Below are positions 8,595 through 17,607 of a stretch of 64,000 nt of DNA, one piece after another. Under the pieces are notes generated by a model. The model was not told the DNA's origin. It saw nothing but the letters and a program-made list of their open reading frames with translations, and ran no database searches. The position numbers and the translations under genes are program-made. Within the stretch, counting starts at the first letter, position 1, and each line of letters opens with the position of its first letter. Source of the stretch: an uncultured Mycoplasmatota bacterium (GTDB taxonomy: Bacteria > Bacillota_I > Bacilli_A > RF39 > UBA660); assembly GCA_900551525.1 (NCBI GenBank), contig URWD01000001.1, forward strand, positions 5,164-69,163, written 5' to 3'.

Positions 8595-8846
8595 ATACTT
8601 ACCACCAGCCCTTTCTCCCCCTTTAGTTTAACCTCGGAAAAGTTCCGAACCGAATAGAAAGTAGGCACTACCACTTTTCGGGTAACAGTATGCTATTATA
8701 CATATAATTTTATATTTGTAAATAGCGATGACAAAACATGTCATAAACCGGCATGCGAATATGTGGCTTTTAAGAAGCTAAAGCTAAATTATATCTTTAT
8801 TTTCATTTTAATTTGTTATATAATCTTGTTAAGAAATGAGGTTAAT

Positions 8847-9743
8847 ATGTTAAAGTTAGAAAATGTTAGAAAAACATATGGAAGTCTAGTTGCTGTAGAT
8901 GATTTATCTTTTACGGTTAAAGATGGCAAAATTTTTGGACTTCTTGGTGAAAATGGGGCAGGTAAAACTACAACATTTAGAATGATAATGGGACTTTTGG
9001 AACCAGACAAAGGAACCATCACCTTAGATGGTAAAAAAATCGATTACAAAGAAACTGATAAAATAGGTTTTGTTACAGAAGAGAGAAGTTTACTTACTAA
9101 ACTTACTGTTTATGAAATGATTGAGTTTTATGGTACTTTGAAAGGCATGAATAAAGAGAAAATAGATAAAAAACTTGATTATTGGTTAGATAGATTTGAA
9201 ATAAAGGATTATAAATTTAAAAAGATAAAAGAACTATCTAAAGGTAATCAACAAAAAATACAATTTATATCAGCAGTTATAAATGAACCTAAACTTCTTA
9301 TATTAGATGAACCATTTACAGGTTTAGACCCAATAAATGTAGGACTTTTAAAAGATGCAGTTAAAGATTTACAAAAAAATGGATGCTCAATTATATTTTC
9401 ATCACATCAAATGGAATATATCGAAGACTTTTGTGAAGAACTTATTATTTTAGTTCATGGTAAAGCAGTTATAAATGGTAATTTAAATGAAATAAAAGAA
9501 AACTATGCTAAAAAGAATATTCAAATAAAAGGTGATAATATTCCTGTTGAAAAACTAGAAAAAATAAATGGAGTAGAAGAGGTCGAAGAAAAAGCAAATG
9601 AGTATGTTGTACATATTAAAGATGCTAGTGTATCAAAAGAAGTATTTGACGTTATTAAAAACTTTAATATAACAAAGTATGTAGTGGCAGATGCTAGTTT
9701 AAATGAGATATTTATCCATTATGTCGGAGGTAAAAATGAATAA
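8847..9743 (+). CDS. ABC transporter ATP-binding protein (ABC-2 exporter type)
   Basis: Walker A GENGAGKTT, signature LSKGNQQK, Walker B LLILDEPFTGLD, H-loop. RBS gagg precedes ATG 8847. The track start at 8763 is an over-extension. Confidence 0.85.
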   Translation: MLKLENVRKTYGSLVAVDDLSFTVKDGKIFGLLGENGAGKTTTFRMIMGLLEPDKGTITLDGKKIDYKETDKIGFVTEERSLLTKLTVYEMIEFYGTLKGMNKEKIDKKLDYWLDRFEIKDYKFKKIKELSKGNQQKIQFISAVINEPKLLILDEPFTGLDPINVGLLKDAVKDLQKNGCSIIFSSHQMEYIEDFCEELIILVHGKAVINGNLNEIKENYAKKNIQIKGDNIPVEKLEKINGVEEVEEKANEYVVHIKDASVSKEVFDVIKNFNITKYVVADASLNEIFIHYVGGKNE

Positions 9744-11013
9744 GAAGTTTTGGTATTTAACAAAGGTTAGTTTAAAAAAGAAAATTGGTTCAAAATGGTT
9801 TATAGCAACTAATATAATTCTTGCTTTAGTTATTATTGCAATTATAAATATTAATTCCATAGTTAAGTTCTTTGGAGGAGATTTTTCTGAAAATTTGACT
9901 ATTTATGCAGTTGATAATGCTGGAGTTTATGATGTGTTTAAAGGCACAATTGAAGCTTTAGATGAAGATAAATTACTTGAAGTAAAACTTGGAGAAAGTT
10001 CTAAAGAAGAACTTATTAAAAATTTGAAAGATAATGAAGTAATAGTGATTCTAAATGAAGACGATAAAGAATATTTAAAAAGTGAAATAATTAGTAATGA
10101 AACTATTGATAATGGATTATATCAAATAATAATTAGTAGTTTAAATAGTTCTAAAAGTACACTAGGTATGATTAAATCAAATATTAGTCCAGAAATTCTT
10201 GCTAATATTTCTAGTCCAGCTACAGTAGAAAGAACAATTCTTAGTGATCAAGGTAGTGCTTCTGAAAATATGAATATTGTTATGAACAGTGTCTTTCCAA
10301 CTTTAATTCTTCCGTTTTTTATGCTTGTTGTGTTTTTAGTCCAAATGGTTGGTGGAGAAATTTGTGAAGAAAAAACTACGAGGAGTATGGAAATAATTAT
10401 TTCTAATGTAAGTCCAAAAATGCATTTATTTTCTAAAGTTTTAGCAAGCAATATATTTGTTATTACTCAAGGTGCTTTATTAATTGTTTTTGCTCTTATA
10501 GGTTTATTAATTAATAAGTATGTAACTGGTACTTCAGCTTTAACTTTAATTAATAGTCTTGTTGGTAATCTAGATTTATCAATATTAAAAGATAAATTGC
10601 TTGTTTTAGTTCCAACAGCTTTAATTCTTATGCTTTTATCATTTTTAGCTTATGCAATACTTTCTGGAGTACTAGCATCTATGACAGTTAATATCGAAGA
10701 CTTTAATCAACTTCAAACACCAGTTATGCTTATTTCAGTTGTAGGTTATTATTTATCTATATCTGCATCATTATTTAATGGTTCAACTTTAATACATGTT
10801 TTATCTTATGTTCCATTCTTATCTGCATTCTTATCACCAACACTTTATATAATTGGTGAGGTTAGTTTGCTTGATATAATAATATCTATTGTAGTAATGA
10901 TATTATTTATCTATATCCTTCTTAAAAAAGGCTTAAAAGTATATAAAAATGGTATTTTAAATTATTCCACTGATAAAGTTTGGGATAGATTTAAAAAATC
11001 AATTAAAAATTGA
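9736..11013 (+). CDS. ABC-2 family transporter permease
   Basis: The N-terminal TM is followed by a large extracytoplasmic loop and then about five C-terminal TMs. Translationally coupled (RBS ggagg, ATG 9736 overlaps the upstream stop). Confidence 0.75.
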   Translation: MNKKFWYLTKVSLKKKIGSKWFIATNIILALVIIAIININSIVKFFGGDFSENLTIYAVDNAGVYDVFKGTIEALDEDKLLEVKLGESSKEELIKNLKDNEVIVILNEDDKEYLKSEIISNETIDNGLYQIIISSLNSSKSTLGMIKSNISPEILANISSPATVERTILSDQGSASENMNIVMNSVFPTLILPFFMLVVFLVQMVGGEICEEKTTRSMEIIISNVSPKMHLFSKVLASNIFVITQGALLIVFALIGLLINKYVTGTSALTLINSLVGNLDLSILKDKLLVLVPTALILMLLSFLAYAILSGVLASMTVNIEDFNQLQTPVMLISVVGYYLSISASLFNGSTLIHVLSYVPFLSAFLSPTLYIIGEVSLLDIIISIVVMILFIYILLKKGLKVYKNGILNYSTDKVWDRFKKSIKN

Positions 11014-11152
11014 CTATTATAGTCTTTTTTTCTTGTTTTTTTCTAAAAAGATGTTAAAATATTTTAAAGCAAATCGGTGATATGTATGTTATGCTTAGGA
11101 AAATTTTGTTAAGTAGAGAGAAAATACATCAAATAGAAGTGGGGTTTATAAA

Positions 11153-12223
11153 ATGAAGGAAAAAAATCAATTAAATGATAATTTATTTATAAAAATGAAT
11201 GAAGAACAAAAAAGGTTGTTATATGAAGGTAAATATTTAAAAGATATTTTAAAACTTAATGAAGAAGAATTTACTTTAATAAAAGATAGAACAAATAAGC
11301 TATTTGTAAATATATTTGGGCCAGATTTATCTTTAAAGGCATCATTTGCAAATACTAGTTATGAAGAAAGATTAATATTTTATATATTTGTTGATAAATA
11401 TGAAGAAAATAAAAATAATCTAAATTGCTATTTTAAAGATTTAACTTTAAGTGAAATAACTAATATACGTAATATATATTTAAAAAAATATTTAATAAAA
11501 TTAGATGTAAATAGTAACAAAAGAAAACTGTTAATTAAATATTTTGGTCCTGATTTAAAAGAAAAATTTAAAGAAAATTTATTTTTTAGTGAAGATATAT
11601 CAGATCTTATAAATATAATTAGTGAGATAGAGGAAGAATACAAAAAATACCTAAATTATTATAAAGAAGTATGGCGTAATAAAACTTTATGTGATTTAGT
11701 TAATTGTCCTAGAGGGAAGCTAGATGGTATTATTAATAAATTAAATAAAAAAGGTTGTGTCTATAAATTGCTTTTAAAAGCATTTGGTAATGATTTAAAT
11801 AATACATGTAATATAGATGCTTTATCTAATAATGAATTAATTGATTTAGAAAGTATATTAATGTGGTTTAGACAAAAATATTATGTTAAGACTGAGTTAA
11901 TACATATTGATATGGATGATATGTATATCAAATTTAAAAATATAGCACGTGCTAAAAAATATTTTTATGATTATTTAGATGAAGCAATTAGTTTAATTCC
12001 TAAGCACATAATAATAATAGAGCGACTTTTAAATGGGATAGTAAATAATAAAATTTATACAATTAATGAGATTGCTAATATGTTTTGTCTTTCTTTAATA
12101 GAAATAAATTATATTTTAGATCAAAGTAATAATTTATTAAGTTTATTATTAAAGTCATATAAAGAGATATATAACATAGATATAGATGTATCTAAAAATA
12201 ATCTTCTGTGTAGAATAAAATAG
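11153..12223 (+). CDS. Hypothetical K/N-rich protein with internal repeats (..IFGPDLSLKASF.. / ..KYFGPDLKEKFKE.. / ..KAFGNDLNNTCN..)
   Basis: ORF with RBS. The repeated F-G-x-D-L module is seen directly. No known domain recognised. Confidence 0.5.
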   Translation: MKEKNQLNDNLFIKMNEEQKRLLYEGKYLKDILKLNEEEFTLIKDRTNKLFVNIFGPDLSLKASFANTSYEERLIFYIFVDKYEENKNNLNCYFKDLTLSEITNIRNIYLKKYLIKLDVNSNKRKLLIKYFGPDLKEKFKENLFFSEDISDLINIISEIEEEYKKYLNYYKEVWRNKTLCDLVNCPRGKLDGIINKLNKKGCVYKLLLKAFGNDLNNTCNIDALSNNELIDLESILMWFRQKYYVKTELIHIDMDDMYIKFKNIARAKKYFYDYLDEAISLIPKHIIIIERLLNGIVNNKIYTINEIANMFCLSLIEINYILDQSNNLLSLLLKSYKEIYNIDIDVSKNNLLCRIK

Positions 12224-12247
12224 AGCTTTTTTCATATGGTTATATAG

Positions 12248-12619
12248 GTGATTAATTTGAAACAAGAAGAATTTAAAAATTTTGTTAGAACTAAACCAGA
12301 ACTTATAAAATTCGTTCAAAATGGGGAAATGACATGGCAAAAATTTTATGAGTTATACGATTTATATGGTACTGATGAAAAAGTGTGGAATAAGTATATT
12401 TTAGATGAAAGAAGTCCAGTTGAAGATAGTATTTCTAAAATAACTAGTATGGTTAAAAATGTTGATGTTGATTCAATTAAAAGCCATATAAATACTGCTC
12501 AGAAAGCTATAGATTTTGTAACTGACTTAACTAAGAAAAATGGTGTAAGTAATCCTGCCCCAAATCTAGCTAAAGGTCCTGTTTCACCTAGACCCCTTAA
12601 TAAATTTTTCGAGGATTAG
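12248..12619 (+). CDS. Hypothetical protein (123 aa, GTG start), possibly YlbD/YlbE-like
   Basis: ORF only. An N-terminal ..PELIKFVQNGEMTWQKF.. motif is shared with the next small ORF. Family assignment is tentative. Confidence 0.4.
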   Translation: MINLKQEEFKNFVRTKPELIKFVQNGEMTWQKFYELYDLYGTDEKVWNKYILDERSPVEDSISKITSMVKNVDVDSIKSHINTAQKAIDFVTDLTKKNGVSNPAPNLAKGPVSPRPLNKFFED

Positions 12620-12841
12620 ATGGAAAAGTTTTTACAAATGTCATTTAGAGAAAATCCTAAAATGTTTGAACTTCTTAAACAAAATTCTTACTATTTTAAA
12701 GGCTTGAATCGAGGAGTAGTTGACTATAAAAAATTTGTTTCTGATATGAAAATAAAATATAAAGAACGTACTTCAGATAAGCTTGAAAGTATTATGGATA
12801 ATATGGAACTTGTTAGTTCTGTATTAAATGTATTAAAATAA
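12620..12841 (+). CDS. Hypothetical small protein (73 aa), YlbE-like?
   Basis: RBS gagga, ATG 12620, which abuts the preceding stop. ENPKMFELLKQNSYYFKGL resembles the YlbE-like small-protein family. Low certainty. Confidence 0.4.
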   Translation: MEKFLQMSFRENPKMFELLKQNSYYFKGLNRGVVDYKKFVSDMKIKYKERTSDKLESIMDNMELVSSVLNVLK

Positions 12842-12937
12842 ATTTCTTGACCATAATTTTAATAGAAATATGTTAAAGTATTATTGACTAATTAGATAAT
12901 TTATAGTATGATTTAATAGTAGAGAGGAGTTCAATAA

Positions 12938-13456
12938 ATGGAAAATATCAAAAATGAACGTGGTTTTACTTTAATTGAATTATTAGCAGTTATTGTTGTT
13001 CTTGCTATTGTATTATTAATGGGAGCGATGGCAGTTATTCCTCGAATGAATGATGCCAGAAAGCAAGTTTTTGCTATTGAAGCTAATACAGCAATTCAAG
13101 CAGCATCAACGGCTTTAATGAATAATGCTTTAAATCCTAGTGCTAATAAACCAACTTATCCAGTAGGTGAAAATGTAGTTTGTATAACAGTTGGAGATTT
13201 AATTTCAAATGGTGATTTTGATGCTGATGCTACTAAATATTCTGGAAGGGTTTTAATTAAAAAACAACCAGGTAATAGTAATGTATATTTATATGTAATT
13301 TCTATGACTAATGGAACTTTAATGGTAAATGGTAAAGGGGTTGAAAGTGGTAATAATAAAGATATTACTGCAAGTGATGTTGAAGATTTTACTACTGGTA
13401 CTACTTGGGCTTGTGGAACAGATCAAAGTGCAAATAATGCTTTGTGGCCAAAATAA
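12938..13456 (+). CDS. Prepilin-type N-terminal cleavage/methylation domain protein (type IV pilin or competence pseudopilin-like)
   Basis: Class III signal ..ERG|FTLIELLAVIVVLAIV.. with Glu at +5, then a globular domain. Sigma-A promoter TTGACT-17-TATGAT lies upstream. A terminator follows at 13462-13495. Confidence 0.75.
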   Translation: MENIKNERGFTLIELLAVIVVLAIVLLMGAMAVIPRMNDARKQVFAIEANTAIQAASTALMNNALNPSANKPTYPVGENVVCITVGDLISNGDFDADATKYSGRVLIKKQPGNSNVYLYVISMTNGTLMVNGKGVESGNNKDITASDVEDFTTGTTWACGTDQSANNALWPK

Positions 13457-13537
13457 TAAAGTTTCTAAAACTTCTTTTTAGAAGTTTTTTCTTTTGTAAT
13501 AAAATTAGTTGTGTTATAATGTTTATGGTGATAGCAT

Positions 13538-14182
13538 ATGAAATTATTTTTAAGATTTGGAAACTATTTAGTGCTTTTTCTTATTTTAATATTAACTGTT
13601 ATTTCTTTTTATAAAACAGGTTTATATGATAAAATATTTAAAAAAAGTAGCACTATAGAAATAATTAAAAGTGATATTGATAAAGATAATGATGGCATAG
13701 ATGATTATAGTGATATATTGGAAGGGGCTAAAAAGTTTATTAAAAGTGAACCAAAGTATAAAAGTAAATATTATAATGGAGGGTATCCTACAGATGAATA
13801 TAGAGTGTGTACTGATTTGATATGGTATGCTTTAGATAATGCCGGTTATGATTTTAAAACTTTAATAGATGAAGATATAAAGACAAATAAAGATGCTTAT
13901 GATAGTGATGTAGGTGATACAAATATAGACTTTAGAAGAGTTAGAAATATAAAAGTATATTTAGATAGAAATGTAAAGTCACTAAGTTTAGATAAAGATT
14001 TTAATCCAGGTGATATAATAGTATATAAAAATCATATTGCTATTGTTAGTGATAAAGTAAATAAAAGGAAAGAAAATTATATTATACATCAACATGCGTT
14101 TTATAATTATGAAGATGATGGTTTATTTAGAGATGAAATAATAGGCCATTATAGATGGGAGATTAAAGATGGAAACAAATAA
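13538..14182 (+). CDS. DUF1287 domain-containing protein
   Basis: TM anchor plus a YRVCTDLIWYALDNAGYDF ... GDIIVY.NHIAIVSD core typical of DUF1287. Confidence 0.65.
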   Translation: MKLFLRFGNYLVLFLILILTVISFYKTGLYDKIFKKSSTIEIIKSDIDKDNDGIDDYSDILEGAKKFIKSEPKYKSKYYNGGYPTDEYRVCTDLIWYALDNAGYDFKTLIDEDIKTNKDAYDSDVGDTNIDFRRVRNIKVYLDRNVKSLSLDKDFNPGDIIVYKNHIAIVSDKVNKRKENYIIHQHAFYNYEDDGLFRDEIIGHYRWEIKDGNK

Positions 14183-14675
14183 AAGAAAAGAAAAATTAGT
14201 AAAAATATTAATTAATAAGGATTTTGAAGTAACTGATGAAGATGAACTTATTGAAATGCTTTTAGATAATCCAACTGCTATTGATTCAGATAAAGAAGAA
14301 GATGAAAGAAGAACTTTTGGGGATAAACTAGCAGATAAAGTTACACAAATTGCAGGTTCATGGGGCTTTATTATTGGTTTTTGTGTCTTTCTAATTTTAT
14401 GGATGATAATAAATACTATTTTAATTGTAAGGTTCGATGAATATCCATTTATATTACTTAATTTAATTCTTTCTTGTATCGCAGCACTTCAAGCACCAGT
14501 TATTATGATGAGTCAAAATAGAGCAGCTAAAAAAGATAGTTTAAGAAGTTTAAATGATTATAAAACAGATTTAAAAAGTGAACTTATTTTAGAAGTTCTT
14601 CATGATCAAATAAAAGATATTCAAATAAGTCAAAAGAAAATATTAAAATTACTTGAAGAAAAAGATGTAAAATAG
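14169..14675 (+). CDS. DUF1003 domain-containing membrane protein
   Basis: FGDKLADKVTQIAGSWGFII..W....DEYPFILLNLILSCIAALQAPVIMMSQNR matches DUF1003 conserved blocks. Confidence 0.75.
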   Translation: METNKRKEKLVKILINKDFEVTDEDELIEMLLDNPTAIDSDKEEDERRTFGDKLADKVTQIAGSWGFIIGFCVFLILWMIINTILIVRFDEYPFILLNLILSCIAALQAPVIMMSQNRAAKKDSLRSLNDYKTDLKSELILEVLHDQIKDIQISQKKILKLLEEKDVK

Positions 14676-14730
14676 ACTATTTAATGAAACATTTTGGTTA
14701 AAACGTGATATAATGTATAAGTGATGTAAA

Positions 14731-15213
14731 ATGAAAATAAAAAAACAAGTGGAATTTAATGACATAATTAGTGATATATTAAAAAATGAAGAAATTATAG
14801 GTTTAAGATATGAATATCACCATGGTATTTCTAGACTTGATCATTCTTTGAGTGTTGCTAAACTAACATTTAATATGTGTAAATTTTTTAAAATAGAAAA
14901 AATTGAAGAAGTTACAAGAGCTGCTTTACTTCATGATTTTTATAAGACTGGTGAAGATTCTAGTTTTAGAGGGCATCCTACTACTGCAGTTAATAATGCT
15001 AAAAGAGTATTTAATGTAAATGATATGCAAGCTGATATTATTTATAATCATATGTTTCCTGCTACACTTAGGTTACCTAAATATAAAGAAACGTGGATTG
15101 TTACAACTGCTGATAAACTTGTAGCTATTAATGAGTGTACAAGATATAAATTACCAATTCAAATAGGTACAGTATTTTTATTCATATTTAATTTTATGAT
15201 GATCCAAAGATAG
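14731..15213 (+). CDS. HD-domain phosphohydrolase
   Basis: H..(HS)..V and LLHDF histidine/aspartate motifs: HHGISRLDHSLSVAKL, AALLHDFYK. Confidence 0.7.
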   Translation: MKIKKQVEFNDIISDILKNEEIIGLRYEYHHGISRLDHSLSVAKLTFNMCKFFKIEKIEEVTRAALLHDFYKTGEDSSFRGHPTTAVNNAKRVFNVNDMQADIIYNHMFPATLRLPKYKETWIVTTADKLVAINECTRYKLPIQIGTVFLFIFNFMMIQR

Positions 15214-15292
15214 ACACCATTTAGGTGTCTTTTAAAATGTGGACTTTTTTAATAAAATTTGGTAAAATATTAATTGAAAAGGAAGTAATATT

Positions 15293-16066
15293 ATGAATAA
15301 TAAAAAATATATAATTATAAGTGTTATAGTGGGGATTGTCTTTTTAGCTATGGGTGTGTTAATAGGTTTAGTTTATTCTAATAGAGATGTTATTTTTAAA
15401 GAAAATAATATATCTAATGAAAATAATATACCTAAAAATGATTTGGAAAATGATAATATAAATGAAATAAAAGAAGAAACTAAAGGGAAAGAAAGATATG
15501 AAGAAGTTCCTAAAAAAAATAATGAAACTATAAAAAATGAAGTAACAAAACCTAGTTTAAGTAATAAAGATAATACTATAATAAATGAAATGGATAATAC
15601 TTTAAATAGTATTAATACAGAAAGTAGTTCATCTAATTTTAGTGATAAAGCTAAAGCGACATTTATATCAATCGTAGATTTTTTATTCTATGATGGTACT
15701 ATAAAAGGTGTTACATTTAATGAACTAACTGATGCTGGTAAACAAAAAGTATTAGAACTTGCAAATAAAATAGATGTGAAACTTGAAGAAAAAGCACCAG
15801 GTTATAAAGATAAAATATCTAGTTCTACAAGTAGTGCTTATAATAAAGCTAGTGAAGTAATTAAAAATGGTGCAAGTAGTTTAAATAATTTTGCTAAAGA
15901 AAAACTTGGGGATGAAAATTATAATTCAATTATTGATGCTAAAAATGAATTAGTTAAGTATAGTAAGAATGCTTTAAATCTTGTAGGTAGTGCAGGTTCT
16001 AAAATATTTTCTAGTACTAAAGATAAATTAAATGATTGGTATCAAAACTTTAAAAATAATAAATAA
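15293..16066 (+). CDS. Hypothetical membrane-anchored N/K/S-rich protein
   Basis: ORF with RBS aaaggaag. N-terminal TM, low-complexity linker. Confidence 0.5.
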   Translation: MNNKKYIIISVIVGIVFLAMGVLIGLVYSNRDVIFKENNISNENNIPKNDLENDNINEIKEETKGKERYEEVPKKNNETIKNEVTKPSLSNKDNTIINEMDNTLNSINTESSSSNFSDKAKATFISIVDFLFYDGTIKGVTFNELTDAGKQKVLELANKIDVKLEEKAPGYKDKISSSTSSAYNKASEVIKNGASSLNNFAKEKLGDENYNSIIDAKNELVKYSKNALNLVGSAGSKIFSSTKDKLNDWYQNFKNNK

Positions 16067-16170
16067 TACTTATAAATTTTATTGTTTAATTTGTAAAAAA
16101 AACTTATATTCTATTTACAAAAATCAAATTATTTGTTATCATTTATTTATGATAAAGGAGTAGTCTAAAC

Positions 16171-17607
16171 ATGGAAAATAGAAAGACAAAAATAATTAGT
16201 GTAGTGGCAGTTGTAGCACTAGCTTTAACAGTAATAACAGCAACATATGCATATTTTAATGCCCAAGTAGGAGATCCAGCAGCAGCGGATGTAAAAATTA
16301 ATGCTAATACAGTGGATACTTTCACATTTGCAAGTGGAAGTGCAATATCTTTTAGTATAAATCAAGATAATTTTGCAAGTGGAGCAGGAAATCAAAGCGG
16401 AAGTACGTATGCTAGTGCTTTGCTTACAGCAAATAATAAGACTAATACTGCAACAGAACATTATTATTTGTATTTGAATATAGAAGATAATACATTTACA
16501 TATTCAATAAATGAAAGTACACCAGAAATAATAATGACAGTAACTGATAGTGGTGGTAATGAAGTAATTGATATAAGTACACTTAATCATGTCATAGTAA
16601 CTGGTGCAAATGGTGATCAAGTATCAGGATATGATATAACTAATAAAAATGGACTTATAACACTATTTAATAATAGAGAAATAACAACAACATCAAGTAA
16701 AGAAGAAAGATGGAATATTAAAGTAACATTTGTTAACTATGATGCAAGTCAAAATGCAAATGCTGGAAAAAGTATGAGTGCAAAGATAATGATACAAAAG
16801 GAAGTAATGCCTTTTCATCAAACATGTAATGATAATACATTAGCATGTCATACAGCAAAATTATACACAGGTACACAAGGACAAAATGGTATTTATTATC
16901 ATGATGCAAGCTTAAAAAATGGAGCAGGAGATAATTCATACAGATTTGCAGGAGCAAGCGATCAAGTAAATAACTATGTATGTTTTGGATCAAACGTAAC
17001 ACCATGCCCAACAGATAATCTATATAGAATAATTGGAGTATTTGGAGATAAAGTAAAACTAATCAAATCAACATCTGTAGGAGATAAAGGATGGAATGGT
17101 ACTGAAGATAATACATGGTCATCATCAAGTTTAAATACATATTTAAATGATGAATTTCTAAATACATTTGATGAAACAATTAAAGGCAAAATAGATACAA
17201 CAACATGGAAGGTTGGAGGATTTAGTAGTAGTGAGCGACCAGCCAAAGCAGTATATCTAAATGAAATTAAATCATCACCAAGTGAAAATAAGAAAATAGG
17301 CTTAATGTATGCAAGTGACTATGGATTTGCGGCGGCACAAAGTGCATGGACAACAAATCTTTATGATTATGAAGGCGAAGCCATCAAAAGTGCAAATTGG
17401 ATGTATATAGGTGCTTCAGAATGGACAATTTCCCGTTTTACGGTCAATTCGATCGGTGCGTTTGAGGTGGGTACAAGTGGCTATGTCGCAGGTCTCGGCA
17501 GCATCGTGACTGATGCGCACGGTGTCCGGCCAGTCTTCAGTCTCACATCTTCCGTGAACTATGCATCGGGAAGTGGTACAACCACTGATCCGATCATAAT
17601 AAACTAG
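16171..17607 (+). CDS. Secreted protein with a TasA/camelysin-type (SipW-cognate-like) signal peptide and N-domain, and a C-terminal C-type-lectin-like domain ending ..AFEVGTSGYVAGLGSIVTDAHGVRPVFSL..
   Basis: The N-terminus KTKIISVVAVVALALTVITATYAYFNAQ resembles the GGTxAxFSD class signal, and TFTFASG matches TasA-like sequence. The C-terminus is paralogous to 59928..61526. The last 180 bp are GC-rich. Confidence 0.7.
   Translation: MENRKTKIISVVAVVALALTVITATYAYFNAQVGDPAAADVKINANTVDTFTFASGSAISFSINQDNFASGAGNQSGSTYASALLTANNKTNTATEHYYLYLNIEDNTFTYSINESTPEIIMTVTDSGGNEVIDISTLNHVIVTGANGDQVSGYDITNKNGLITLFNNREITTTSSKEERWNIKVTFVNYDASQNANAGKSMSAKIMIQKEVMPFHQTCNDNTLACHTAKLYTGTQGQNGIYYHDASLKNGAGDNSYRFAGASDQVNNYVCFGSNVTPCPTDNLYRIIGVFGDKVKLIKSTSVGDKGWNGTEDNTWSSSSLNTYLNDEFLNTFDETIKGKIDTTTWKVGGFSSSERPAKAVYLNEIKSSPSENKKIGLMYASDYGFAAAQSAWTTNLYDYEGEAIKSANWMYIGASEWTISRFTVNSIGAFEVGTSGYVAGLGSIVTDAHGVRPVFSLTSSVNYASGSGTTTDPIIIN

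Noticed and set aside
8434-8760. Known housekeeping RNA (RNase P, tmRNA, SRP/scRNA, 6S) or a riboswitch for the downstream ABC transporter in the GC-rich island
   Set aside because: None of the hallmark motifs was found: GGAAAGUCCGG for RNase P, the tRNA-like 3' end of tmRNA, the SRP domain IV GGAAGCAG, or a recognisable aptamer consensus. The island has its own convergent promoters and a terminator before the transporter promoter.
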